Source: Vicugna vicugna
Taxonomy: Eukaryota
Assembly (NCBI GenBank): GCA_013265495.1
Contig: MU058384.1
Span: forward strand, 4,389,239 to 4,453,238
Direction of reading: 5' to 3'
Length of the DNA stretch: 64,000 bases
Every line of letters begins with the position of its first letter. Position 1 is the stretch's first letter. Positions 24,880 to 38,319 of the stretch are shown here, piece by piece. The notes under the pieces are model-generated. The model searched no databases and was not told where the DNA came from. It saw only the letters and a program-made list of their open reading frames with translations. The translations under genes were made by a program, and so were the position numbers.

Positions 24880-25590
24880 CTCCTGCTCAAGGAGCCTTGA
24901 GTTTGGAGCCAGACTTACTTTGGTTTAATTCTCAGCTTTATCACCATTTTTTGCACTCTTAGGTACATTCTTTCATCTCTCTATGCATGTCTCCTTTTCT
25001 TCATCTATAAAATGATGATAGCAAAAATACTTTTATTAAATGAAAAAAAATGCACAACCTAAAAGTTGAAAATTGTTTTTTATTCAGTAGACTTTCTGAA
25101 GATTTAAGCCTAGAAGACGGCCTCTCAGGTAGCTCGGAGGGACTGCTCTGAAGAGGTAAAGGAGGGGCCAGGATATACAGGAGTTTTTATAACAAAAACC
25201 AAGTAGCTGGAACATCAAAAGACTACTGTTAATTAAAGAAAACCAGACATCTCAAAGTTAATAAATTTAAAGATTTTCTATGTATGGGAAGATGCAAGAG
25301 TTTGGGTTTATTGAATTCATTCCTTTATTAGCACCTTAGCTATCTGAGGCAAGTATCCTGCTCTCCCCCATCCTGAATACCCACAGGGCACATAGTCAGG
25401 GAGGCTACAGTGGCTGATGGTTTGATGGCCTCAACATCCTTCGTTTACTGCTTATTGGCAACATTCCTGTCCACACTTTACAGTAGCAATGATGATAGTA
25501 GACATGTGGCAAGGATTATGGTAGATACATATAAGGCATTTAACACATTACCAGACACATAGTAGATATTCAGTTAATGGTGGCAATGAG
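24880..25590 (+). mobile_element. MIR SINE split by an LTR
   Basis: 'tttggagccagacttactttggtttaattctcagc...ttcatctataaaatgatgatag' resumes after the LTR with '...taaggcatttaacacattaccagacacatagtagatattcag'. Confidence 0.7.
25034..25475 (-). mobile_element. Solo ERV1 LTR, MER41-like cetartiodactyl family
   Basis: 'aaaaatgcacaacctaaaagttga...gactgctctgaagaggtaaaggag...ctatgtatgggaagatgcaagagt'; ends ...CA; 4-bp TSD CTTT (25030-25033, 25476-25479). Confidence 0.85.
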
Positions 25591-28500
25591 GATACCTGAA
25601 GATTTTACAGCTGAAGATTGACTTAATCAGATGGTAACAGGTACACAAGAAGAGGTTAGGGCTGTGAATGTGGGTGCTAAAGTCACAAGGCCTAAGAAAG
25701 TGCCTACAGTGGCATCTGTTGGGCCAATTCTGGGAGCAGTGGCTCAAGAGTAGTTATCCTGTGACACAAGGGAGGTTCTTCTGGCAGTGACCCAGAGGAC
25801 TGAGTCAACCTTCTCTATAGGAACAGGTTCATGGGAACTATGGCTTATGAGTGTTAGCTCTACCTCCAGCTCTAATCCACCCCAACTGTGAATTCATAAA
25901 TGCAAGGAGAATGAGCTGCCCTCTCCCCACTTGCTTACATATCTGTCCCTTGGCACATTCTACGACCAACTTCTCTAGAAATTGTCCTCTATTTGTTTAA
26001 CAGTTAAGCTTCTCATAAATGGCATTAAATTTGAAATTTAGTCTCACAGAAATGTATCAGATGCAGAGAAAGACATGTGGAAAAGGTTACGATATTCTCA
26101 AGATGTCTGTTTCACAGGAAGTAAGGAAACTGGTACAAATGGACAGGAAGGAACACTTATGGCAGCAATATGGAAGGTGATGGAGCACGTGCTAGTAGAA
26201 GGCAGTGGTTGTAGGAGAACTCTGAAATACTTGTCATTTCTGTCAAAATCCCCTTTGCATTCTTTTTGCTCTCTACCTCGTTCTTTTAGCCGATTTACTA
26301 ATGACTTAACAAGCTCTGTCAGTATTCCACAGAAGACTTTATTTATAGGTACAAAGTTCTGCTTGGCCCTATGCTTTAAGTGTTTTCATGAGGCCTTAGT
26401 GCCATTCCAAGGCTACAATGAGTGTACTTTTTAGCCACTATTCCCAAACTGTTCTTGCCCACAGCCCTACAGAAACCTACAACCACATTTAATCCTGATC
26501 TTTGTTAAAACTCTTACTGGCAGACTGGCACTGAACATAAGGAACACTGGGTAAAGGACTTCTTTCTGGGTCAAAAATGGGCACACTTGTGCCTGGCAAC
26601 GTTGGCAGCTATTGGAGACAGGTCACAGGACACTGGGTGTCTTTCTGGTCCACAGGCAGATGGTTCTCTTCCTGATCTAGCTTATCTGAAGGCAATAAAT
26701 GATAGGGACTCTATTAATAATGATTATGAGCAGTAAAACCTAAGGAAATCAATTTTCAGATTGCAAGCTAGACTGGAATTTTATTTCACCAGAGTAGAAA
26801 TTATGATTGAATCCACCTGGGTAAACATATTCTCGTATTTAGCAGGGTCCATCTTGTACTGAAGCGTCCACATGTTTCATTTTCAGTTTAAACTACATTT
26901 TCAAGATATACTGTACATTTCAACATAGCTTGGAGGAAAGTTAAATGTGTGCCACATACCCTCTTTGGACAGGTTAACTGTGCAGAGCTCACTGTAATCA
27001 TGCAATTTGGTAAGTGAATCTTGGGTGGAGGGAAGGTGGGAGGCTTTTGTTGGGGGTTTCCTCTCTCCCTGGGTCTCCATTTGCCTCATGTTTCTCTCTT
27101 AGAATAGAACTTCCTTGCTTCCTTAGAGTTCTCACCTCAAATCACCTTTCAAGAAAAATGGGAACAAGTTAAAATTCCTGTTATTGTGGCTTTGCTGAGA
27201 CCTTAAAATGTTTCACTTTGTAACTCCTTGGAATTCTCCATATTTAAACTCATTTGAAGCCAAGTCAAGGTATTTTTTTGCCTGAATATATATATACATG
27301 TAAACTTAAATTCACTCCATAGTCTATAACATTTAAAATAGTGTAAGTTAATGGTGTAGATTAAAAAATTCTATATTTGAAATAGAATCATAATAACTAG
27401 CTTACAATATTTAACAAATAAACCTCTAACTCTCTTTGCTATAGAGCTAATGCATACAGGTATGGTCAATGTTTTGACCTATAAACATTTAAAAATATCA
27501 AGGTAAGTTTGGGAATAAAACTTTTTGTGATTGGTTTTGTTACTGTATTTCAGTAGTTTTCATAATTGGCATCATCTTAATGGCTCCTTCAATTAATTTT
27601 TTAGTAGTAGGTGGGATATAAATTATGCATGAATACATAAATGGATCAGGTTTTTAACTAGAATAAATGCCTTTGGTGACAGTTTAAAAGAGCCACTTTA
27701 AATCAGCTTGTAACATCTATTTTTAAAAGACATCAAAATTTGAAGTTAAACGTTCTCTTTTTACTTCAGTGACAATGGTGTAATTATTCTTGGGGTTAAG
27801 AATATACTGTCATTATTAATCCCTGGATAACAGATTATCAAGTCAAAGATTCTATAATTGTGTACCTGCTATGTGCTTGTCATAGCAGGAGACACAGGAT
27901 GAGCAAGAATGGCTCTTATTTCTATAGGTGTTTGCAGTTTGAAAGTCTAAAAGAAGGCAAAGTAAGTGCAAAAGTGAGCTACAGAGTCAATGTATGTGGG
28001 TTTAGAAAAAGGCAAGAGCATAAGTAGAGGGAGAACAGGAAAGACTTCATGGGACATAAGTTCAATAGTGAAGGTGGAAACAAAACACACATTCCATTTA
28101 CACATTTTCAACTCAGTCCATTACAAATACACTGTACCTTAAAGCTTAAGTATCTTTAATAAAGATACTGAGAAATGGTTGTTATAATTCACAGGAAGGT
28201 GACTACCTGAGCATTTCAAGCCATATCTTCTATTTATGAGCTTGGAATGATAGCCTATAATATCAACCCACATTTGGTCAGTTTTATCATTCCTAGTTAT
28301 TTTCAGTTATCAGTGAACAGTATTCAAATAACAAAGAAAAGGTGAGCTACTACATTACCTTATCCAATACTACGTCAGTATTGACTGCAGTAATTATTTA
28401 ATGACTAGAAAGGCTTTTATTTCATTTCACGTATATCACTAGCACATATACAAAGTCTCTCCTCGTGATAGAAGTAGGCTTAAGGGATCTTAGAAGTCAT

Positions 28501-29189
28501 ATGGTTCAAATAGCTTTTTGATGCATCTGTTATAAAACTGAAGTGTTATGATAGTCCCGTGAGACAAAACTGATTAATAATGCTATTTGGGAAGGTACTT
28601 GAAATAATATCAACTGTATCTGCTTGTTTTGTTGTTTCAGATTAGTTGTTTGATTCCTGAGTTTCTGAAAGGAGGTACAAATGAGCTGTTCTCACCCAGT
28701 CTGGTCAACCAAAGATGTACTTAACAGCAGCCCAAAAAGAGAACATGAATATAAAGTAATGAAGCTGATTTCTACAAATGTCACTCAAACACCTGTTAAA
28801 ATAACTCCTGTTTAACTTTCAAAACTCAGTACGTTCAATCAACAAATACTTGAGAACTCACTAGGTATATAATGAACAATAATAATTACAGAAAAGAAAG
28901 GATGAAATTCAATTCCATATGTAGATAATGATATTCCTAGTATTCACTTTCAAAATTCAATTTTTGGGGCCCCAACCACAGACCACATGCTCTTCTATCT
29001 GAGGGATGGGGGAAGGCAAGAGAAATCACAATAATGAATAAAACTAGCACACGCTCTTCCTTTCTGAAGCTCATAGCCTAGCTGGGCTAAGATCACAGAA
29101 GACACAAGGTAAATGTGGCAGGCTCCTTTCAAAGGAGTTTGTGATCTGGTGGAGAAGATCATAGATATACAACTACAAGGTAGAAAACA

Positions 29190-29376
29190 CTTTTTCTTAA
29201 CCAGGGTTATCATAAAAATCACTTGGGAGCAATTTTTCAAAATTCATATGCCTGAGTTTCATTCCAGACCTAAGTAAATGAAAATGAGTGGCAGTGGAAC
29301 CCTGTAATGAACATTTTGGAAAGCTCTCCCTGGATGATTCTGGCAAGGACCTCCAGTTAAGAACTCATAGTCTAGA
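29190..29376. mobile_element. MER5-like hAT-Charlie element
   Basis: 'aaaatcacttgggagc...tgcctgagtttcattccagacc...aagctctccctggatgattct...ttaagaactcatagtctaga'. Confidence 0.7.
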
Positions 29377-31329
29377 AGTCTTTTGAATCACCAGCCTCAG
29401 TTTTGCTCTAACTTCATTACAATGCATTCATAACTTTCATAATGCTCAGAGGGTTGTTGTGTTTTTCCCAGCATATTTGAGACACGTGGAAGGAATTCTC
29501 AACCCATGGTAAGAAAAGATAAAACCAACTGGCCATTTCAGTGTCTGGCATGTATATTCTTCCTTTGGTTTTAATGATCTATGACTTTGTGTATACTCAT
29601 CTCTGTAAAGATTTCTATTTTAATGAGTCTCACTCTTTCAGATTCTCTTCATCCATCATTTTAAAATTATTCTTTGGGTTCTCGTGTTGAAATTATAACT
29701 ATTACTTCCACTTCAAAATCTAGTTCTCCTAACACAGCACAATATTATAGTTAAGTTAATCAGAAAGATTAGGAATGTCTTTGCTCTTTGCCTAGGGCTG
29801 GAGGAAAACATATTACCCCTGTAAACGCAGCATTACCTGTGGAATGTGTCTCAATAAAGAAAGGCTACATGGTACCCTGGCAAGATGTACATCCCAAATC
29901 TGCAGAAATTGACATCTGTAGAAATTGCAGTAGAAATCCTCTGAATCCTGGGAGCAGGGAAACAGGAGCTTTTCTGGCATGTGGCTTATGATTGTAGAAA
30001 AGGGAAATATGCCTTTCTTTTATACTATTGACTTTTAACAATCATAGGTGAACAAAGACTTCAACTCTAAGTAGCTTCCTGGAGAACGGGTTGTTCATGA
30101 GTAGAGAAACACCAGTAGAGCAGGGGCACCCAAAATACCACAGTAGTGAGTTGATGAGAGACACATTCACATTAGCAATTTGCATTTTCCTCCATGGACC
30201 TAAGAAAGTGTATATTTGCTTTCCTGGACTTAGTGCAAATTGTCTCATGCCAACAAAAAAGGTGAGGCTACAGCTGTTGCTTCATTTGATCCTTCTCCAC
30301 ATTCTCCTATTCATTTCTGTTGACCCATAGCAGTCTCAGGGAAGATGGTGCTGATTCCTTGGAGAGTTTATGATGCATACTTAAAAATGCCAGGTGTGCT
30401 GACTGCCATGCTGGGTTACCAGTGGAATCAAGCTGCACCTTTGAAGCCATGCATAGTTTCTTCCTTCTGTTCTATCTCTAGTAGGACAAGTCCTGCTGAA
30501 CATGAATCATTTACATGCACCAGAGTGAAACAAATCAATGGCAGGGCTCTGATCTGCTACTTTGGCCTGTTTGATCCGCAGCTCCAAACACCACAGGGAA
30601 GGTCTAGAACCTGTCTAATAAACTTACCACATTAATAAAGAAGAGAGTAAAAGACAGTTTTATAAGGAAATTCTTGACTTGTGTACCACATCCCAACATT
30701 GTGTTTCTTCAGAAATCTCTGATAATAGAATTTTTTTGAAAATGTCATTGTTTTATCAGAGCAAATTTGTAAATTATTATCAATCATGTGTAATACAAAG
30801 TAACAAGGAGTATAGCTGGTACCCTCGTGTCCCTGACCTATTCCCACTCTGAGGGTGGTATGAAAAAGAAGCGAGATCTTCCAGCTGCAGCAGGCTGGAT
30901 GGGATGGGCCCAGAGCCAGGTCCTCCCGGGCTCAGGTTGGCAGTGGTTCAGCAAGAGACTGAATGGGCTTAGACCTACACTCTGATATAGGCCTGGGGCC
31001 TCTGTTGGGGGATCATATTAGTCAAACCTCAGGACTTCTCTAGAAGAAACCAGTTTCCTGAAGAGAAGTTAAAGATGTTCTTGAGAATCTGCAAATTGGC
31101 GTGACCTGTGGAAGATCAGACTGCTGAGTGAAGAGATTCCATTTCTAGTCTCAGGCAAACTTCAAACAGTAAGTTCTGCTCCTAACAAGTTAGGTTCAAA
31201 AAGAAGTAGAATATGGTGCCGCCATAGTAAAGGAAGATTAGAAACTAACAGTAAACTTAAGTGGAGTGGAAGAAAGGCCTGGGACATAGTGACTCCCTCA
31301 CTGTGGGCTTGTCAGGAAAGAGCATCACC

Positions 31330-31545
31330 TCCTTTTTTAAAGCTTTAATGAGGTATAATTTAGCCATAAAATCCACCCATTGTAAGTCTAAAGTTTTATG
31401 ATTATTGGCTTATCCAGTTGTGCAATCACCTCAACAATCCAGTTTTAGAACATTTCCATCATCCCCTAAATTTCCTGTTGTCCAGTTTGCCCCCAAGCAC
31501 CAGCTTCAGCAGCCACTCATCACTCACCTGCTGTCTCTACACCCT
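31330..31545 (-). mobile_element. Old L1 (L1MB/ME) 3'UTR fragment
   Basis: 'gctttaatgaggtataattta...ttgtgcaatcacctcaacaatccagttttagaacatttccatcatccc'. Confidence 0.75.
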
Positions 31546-31550
31546 GGTCT

Positions 31551-31621
31551 TTTAAAAAAAATGATAGCTGATTTACATTGCTGCACTAGTTTCTGGTGTA
31601 GAGCATAGTGATTCAGTTATA
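31551..31621 (-). mobile_element. Short cetartiodactyl-type L1 3'-end stub
   Basis: 'tagctgatttacattgctgcactagtttctggtgtagagcatagtgattcagttata'; no clear TSD. Confidence 0.7.
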
Positions 31622-32129
31622 ATTAAAATAATCTGTATAAATATTGGTTAATTACTAAGGATATACTTTGGCTTAACAATTTTGAAATCAGATACAGTAC
31701 AAACATTAAATAAATACCAACACTTCAGTGTATATTGAGTATACGCTAAACAGATCCTTTCATATGTTCCTACTTTTTCCAGTAGGATTAGAGTTTAGGG
31801 AAGACTTCTTTTCTCTTAGGTCTATGCAATTAATCGGCAGAGAAATTATAAAATGCTCAAAAGTAAGACTTACTGTTATATGTTGAGCCCATAGCACAAG
31901 GCCTTGCATACAATACAAATGTTTAGTATTTGTCAAGAGAAAGAAGATAGAAAGGGAGGGGGGAAAAAGAAGGAAATGCCCCTTAAAAGATTGTTACTGT
32001 CCCATATAGGTTTCTTTGTCACAGATGTTGCCTCTTCAAAGGGCTGTCTCTTATTTTCCTGGACATTTACAAACATTTAAAGAGAACTGTTTATAAAGGG
32101 AAACAAGCGTTGGTTTTCTGAAAGGGTGA

Positions 32130-33050
32130 TGTACAAAAACTGATTTTTCAAATACTGAAGCATAGAATGGACTGATAATGGAGAGATCAAAGCCTGAAAG
32201 ACCACTGAGAAGGTGTTATCAGTATATGCACAGATTCATCAAAAATGCAGCTCTAGGCCAAGGTGGTGGCAGTGAATTAAAAAAAAAAAAAAGCAGATTC
32301 TCAAGGCATAACAAAGACAGGCTCTACTGGACATTGTGACTATCTGGCTCCATGGAACAGGGAAGCAAAAGATTGGGAAATGAATATGACTAAAAATCTA
32401 GACTCTGAAATAGAGAATAGATATACGATAACAGAACTAGAAAGTCAAGAGAGGAGTTGGTTCTGGGGCTTTAGAAGATCTTGAATGAGGTTCTACACAA
32501 GTTGAGGAGACACTATGTAAACTCTTTCTCTTTTACGTGAGTTGATGTGGGCTGCCACTGACGAGCTGTGAGATCTCAGGGAAGACACCTGATTTACCAG
32601 GTGTAATCTCCTCATCTGTAGACTGCTACTTGGGTAAACTGGTGAACTATAGTTCATTCCAACTCAAAATTTCTATAATTTTACTAATTTTCATCTTAGG
32701 AAGACAGCTCAGAGGAAGAGCCTGAAAAACAAGCAAGAGATCTGAGTTCAGGGGTCATGAAAAGAACAGTGGAGAAGACAATGGGAAAAATAAACGGGAC
32801 CAGGACCTTAAGTGTTCAGTAAACACCTGCTGACTAATCAATAAGATTAGAAATACAGAAAGTCCCTCAAAACAAGGGAAGGGAGGGTTCTAGAAATACT
32901 CCTAGTTGCCAACAATATTAAACGTCACAGTCAATAAAAGAGAATAAAATTCAACAAAAGCTTTTGGATTGTTGTGTAGGATGCCAGTGACTTTAAGGAA
33001 GTACTGGGACCAGTCTACAGATTTTGACATGAAATCTGAGAGCCATGATT
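32130..33050 (-). mobile_element. Degenerate L2 fragments with an internal MIR piece
   Basis: 'gaatggactga...gaccactgagaaggtgttat...ccaaggtggtggcagtg'; MIR-like 'gagctgtgagatctcagggaag...ctcctcatctgtag'. Confidence 0.5.
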
Positions 33051-34339
33051 AAGGAAGGGTACAAGAAGGGTCCAGTTTGAGTGTGGAGGGCTCAGGGAAT
33101 CTAGGGAGCATTTCTGTACTGTAGAATCAGAAAAATTCTAAAAATTATGAAAAATCAATACATACTAAGTGGCCCTAGATGGACCTAATTTATCTAGTGT
33201 AAATCACACCTATTGTTTAAGGAAAATATGAGGCTAGTGTGAATCCATAAAATATATAGACATACTTCTATATTTATTCCACATGGACAGTATTGGCACC
33301 CAAATTCTATGAATGTGTGAGATGTGAGCTACTAAGATTCAGAAAGGACAAGAATTTATCTATATGTACTCAAATAATTCAAAGTAATTCAAGGATTATT
33401 TTAAATAAGACATTTATGAAAGAAAGTCATATTCTATTATTAAATGAGTTTTTCCTACCAAATATAAAATACAGTTGAAACCCATTTGCTGATACATAAG
33501 TCAACTATGCAGATTTAGTCATGTCCATTCAATCTGGTGAGGCCGGGCAGAACCTGATGAGAAACTGACTTCCTTCATTGGTGATCTGAGTATATCAGAA
33601 TTGAGGACCCCAGTGTGAGGGGTCTCAGCACTGCCAGGGTGGCCCTGAAACAAATGCTGTAGGTCTCAGTGGAAGACATTTGATGACTTAGGACTATGCA
33701 AACTTTCCCTGGTTACTTTGACCCATATTTAAAGCCCGAAATGAGTCTAGACTAAGGTCTGAGAACACAGCCTAGTTCAGTGGTTGGCACAAGTGAGCAT
33801 TTGATGCAAGTTCAATGAATAAAGCATGTTTCTCCTCAATCTTATTGGCAAAGCTCTTTAACCGTGATTGCCCTGTTAACTAAAGCATTGTGTATTCCAG
33901 GCTCATATTTCAAACAATAAACACCATCAGATTTTGCACACACAATTAGAGAGCACTTTTCAAAGAAATCTGTTTTACTTTCCAAAGACTTGATGGCCCA
34001 GGAGAATTAACATCAAGAGATTAGACATCAAGAGATACTCTGTCTTGTTTGGCTTCACTGAATTCTTATTATTTGAGCAGTAGAAAATTGAGCATCCTTC
34101 AAGGTCTCCTGTTGAGGGTTTAATGTCACTGTCTTCAACAGAGCTGTTAGGACATCTAGTATATGTCCAAATGATGCAGCAGCTTCTTTAGCTGACAGTG
34201 ACCCACGTTCTTGGCCATATATTTAACATGTCTTTGGCAAGAGCGCCCCCTTTTTTAGGATATACGTTAATACTTTAATGATGGTCATAAATTGTATATG
34301 ACCAATCCATTCCCCCAAATCAGTGACACGGTTTTTATA

Positions 34340-34650
34340 GGAAACTTGACAAGTTGCAGAGTATCAGTAAAAGTAAATCAGGAACACGAGGGGCTTGGAT
34401 ACCTTGACACTTGAGGAAGTGCCTAGAGTCACTGAGGAGGCTTAGTCTGAAGAGTGGGAGATTTGTCTTCCAGTTTCAACTTCTGCCTCATGGAAGGGAG
34501 AGGACATTTCTTCTCTGTTGTAGTAACAGAGAAAGACACACATGGATTTCAGCCCCATCTAATGGAAACTTTATAATAACTTGAAATGTCAAACTACTGG
34601 CCATCTAGTGAAATACTGAGGTCTCCACCAATCATTGAAAGTTTCCAGTA
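34340..34650 (+). mobile_element. L3/CR1 LINE 3' fragment
   Basis: 'gacaagttgcagagtatcag...ggggcttggatacc...gaggaggcttagtctgaagag...tgtcttcca...ggatttcagcc...tcattgaaagtttccag' follows the CR1/L3 motif order. Confidence 0.6.
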
Positions 34651-35449
34651 GGGAAAAGTGATAATCTTGATTTTCACTATAGAACAGATCTAGTTAATAA
34701 AATAAAAATTATAAATCAAGGGTACACATAGGGCAAAAACAAAAACTGCTTTAAAAACCTGCACAGACACTGCAAGGATTGAACACTTTCTCATCATCCC
34801 CATTATTTCGTTTGAGAAGCGAACCTTGCTATACACAGAAATCTTAAGGGAAAAAGTCCTGTAATCCATCTGTTCAATCTGTGAAGTATATTTATTATTG
34901 AATGAGGTTTAAATTGAGGAAATTCTTACAGGAAAGGGGCAGAAAAATGGATGAATGGGAAGGGAGAAATTGAGAATGTTCAAACCGAAAGAAACAGTGG
35001 ATATGATTTGATATTGAGGGGAAACAAACAAAAAAGCAACAGGAAGCAGGAGAAACACAGAGGGAAAGAAAGTTGAAAACAATCTTTTCTCAGTTGAAGA
35101 TTTTTTTTTTTCACACGAATTACATAGAACATTTTAGTCAGCACTCTGAGGAACTCAGGGAAGTAGGAGACAATTTAACAAAAGTCTTTGTTCCCAGGTG
35201 GTCACACTGCACGCTAATAAACAAGAACTTGGTGTGTTGTGGATCTCCAACAGGAGAATTAGCCACAAATCTAGCATTTAATAGGCTTTGAGTGATTCCC
35301 CTAGACGAATCAGGCCAGCTGCTCCTGCTGGCCTCACTTTCCATCCCAAACCTCATCACTTGCAAATTTCAGTCTGACTTGAGGAATGGTTCCAAAGCAT
35401 ATTGTTAAAAATACAGTAAAAGAATTTTAGCTTTACATGATAAAGAGTA

Positions 35450-35800
35450 CAGCCATCCGTGGCTGTTTCCTGAAAGGTTGGTTCCAGGGCCCCCCGTGGA
35501 TACCAAAATCCATGAATGCTCAAGTCCCTTAAATAAAATGGTGTAATATTTGCATATAACCCATGCACATCCTTCCATATACTTTAAATCAACTCTAGGT
35601 TACTTATAATATCTAATACAATGTAAAGGCTGTGTAAATAGCTGTAAATATAATGCAAATGTTATGTAAATAGTTGACAGAAGCAAATTAAAGTTTTTCT
35701 TTTTTGGACTTTCTGGATTTTTTTTGGCGGGGGGAATATTTTTGATCCACAGTTGGTCGAATCTGGTGACGTGGAACCTGAGGATATGGAGGGCCAACTA
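35450..35800. mobile_element. MER2-like TcMar-Tigger MITE, near full length
   Basis: Preceded by TA; 'ttggttccagggccccccgtggataccaaaatccatgaatgctcaagtccct...ggaacctgaggatatggagggccaact'. Confidence 0.9.
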
Positions 35801-36639
35801 CTCTTATTCTAACCCTGTTCCACAAGTTAAAGTAAGCGGAAGGATGGAGGAGGTTAAGTTAAGTCTTTCTCAACTTTGTTCTAAACAAATTTCAAATATT
35901 TTTCAACAATGTGTCACAAAGGGAATTGTGTAATTATTTTAATATTTTGGACTATTTTGAGCTCCTCTAAAGTAAAATCCCATACAATGTAGAAAAAGAG
36001 AAAAGCTCAGAGATACTGGGGACTTGCTAACAGATTGGATTCTGGGGTCTGCTCACGTTGCTTTATTTACATTCAACTTTGGTTTCATTAACTTATAGCC
36101 CCTTTTGGTCTTTAGGCCAATGGCTGCTCTAGATTTACAGGTCACTGCAGTAGGTATTTGTTATTAAAAACATGTTGCAGGACCTGGATATTGGCACGCA
36201 GACTCTAGCACTGGACTTACTCTTTCTTTTATACAACATTGTGATTCTAACACAAACTGTCTCAAAGATACGTCCCGCATGTAGCCTGATAAAACAGCAC
36301 AGGCCACTTGCATGTTCCAAAACTGAAATGTCATAAAAGCAAATGATGCATATCCTCCCTCTGGGGCCTCTGTATCCCCAGGCTCTGAAATATATTCACT
36401 GAGGAAGATGTGCAAACACCAAACCTGGTCTGAGATTTACCCTGAGATGACTCTTGCTAAAAAAAGAAAAAATATTCCTCTCCAGTATCTATGGGATTGG
36501 AACTATTAGCAAATTTATAATTTTGTTTATTCATCTGCTGAGCTCTAGTATTATCTAGATTGCAAAGAAAATATCCAGACAACTGCCTTCTTCCTGCTTT
36601 CCTCACCCTCTGAATGTCAGTCTCCCTTTCTTTACCAGC

Positions 36640-37095
36640 CCCAAATGGAAATTATTCATCTAAGCTCTTTGAAATCCCCTTTGCTGAAGGATTTCTTTTA
36701 TGTAGGAAACTTGGCATTGACTTCCTCTGCCTTCCTCAACTTCAGGGCCCAGTGGAAGATCAGCTCCAAATTCTCTTTTTCTTAAGTTCCAGAACAGAAA
36801 ACTTAAAGACAAATTCACTTCTTCATACTCCTGGTGGAGCTTCCAAGCATTGCTCTCAATCCTGTTTTACTTTCAGTTTTTCCACTTTTGATCTGAAACC
36901 TCTTCCTCACCATCTGACTCTGTCTGTGGTGTTTTGCTTAGCTCTACACATCCAATTCACCGTTCCACTTTCTCATACTCTTGCCTGACATTTTCTTTCC
37001 CTAACTGGTTAAAAAGCAGCTCTTGATTCCACTCATCTGAACATATGGTGCTCGGCACATAGTGTGCATTTGATAAGTGTTTACTAGACGAATAA
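36640..37095 (+). mobile_element. L2 fragments
   Basis: Pyrimidine-rich body; tail 'atggtgctcggcacatagtgtgcatttgataagtgttt'. Confidence 0.45.
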
Positions 37096-38319
37096 ACTCA
37101 GGAGCCCCTAAATTACACACCAACATTGCTGCTTCCGAAGTATGTGGCCCAGAGCAAAGGCTTCCCCGAGGAGACTTTCTGTGTGGTGGATTATCTGTAG
37201 TCCACTCTTTTCTCTTTTTGATCTTCCCTCTGAATCCCGTTTTGTTGACAGGCAACTCAAGCCAGAGGGTCAGGTTGGGCAAGTGGAGGAGGAGGGAGTG
37301 TCAACAACGTCAGTATGTGATTTGTGGGGTGGGCTTCTACTCTGCATATGAAAACAGTGATAAGTGATTTTTCTAGAGCATCTGCCTTCATGACTTACTG
37401 TTCTGCTCCACAACATTAACATAAAAATCAAGACTTTTGGGTTGTCCTTATTTCTTTCATTTTTTTGGTAGATATTGATATTTTTATATAATTTTATACA
37501 TATAAACACTTATTTGTATCTTTCCCACTGTCCTTTATGTCAGCAAATGTCAATAAGATCTGTAAGATCACAACTTAAGGAATCTGCACTGAACTAGGAT
37601 GAGTATCTGTTGATTGCTACAGGGCCACTGAGTACTGTTTTTCCTGAACTATCAGTATGTGTATAGACACAGAGTCTGTCACATACTATTTACCTTCAAA
37701 TTATTCCTTGTTTTATTTATGGATATTTTGCCTCTCCAACTATATATTTCCGTCAGGGCAGGAACTGTGTCCTAAACTCTATTCCTTCATATCAACATTT
37801 AGCAAAATCTGGACATTATAGTAGGTGTATAAAAATGCTACTGAGATGAGTCTTAGTTAAACATACAAAAAAGTATATTTAAAAAAAAAAAGCCCTCTTT
37901 TGGTAGGTCCTGCAGGATTTGCCTCAGCTAATAAAGAAATGGCACTGTTTGACAGTCTTACAGTATCAGTATATAAACAGACCTTGAGTTCTAGGCCTGG
38001 GTTTTCTTGCTGATCAGTTCTAAATATTATTATTTACTATACATGTTGATATTTTGACTGGTTTAAGATTTTCTTTAAAAAAAGATACACAAGTTTGGAG
38101 AATTGTTATCTGTTCTCTTGTTTGTAGAGGGGGAAAGGTCTATTTACTTCATTCCTTCAACAGAACAAAATATTTTATATTTAATATGATACTTTTTGAA
38201 GCAATAAAAGGCTTCTTATTCATTTTTGTCCTTTTACCTCATGCCATGGTATACCCAGTTCATAGTAAGCATCCAATAACTGCTTAAATTCTTTTTATAA
38301 TTAATAATTCTAGAAGGAT

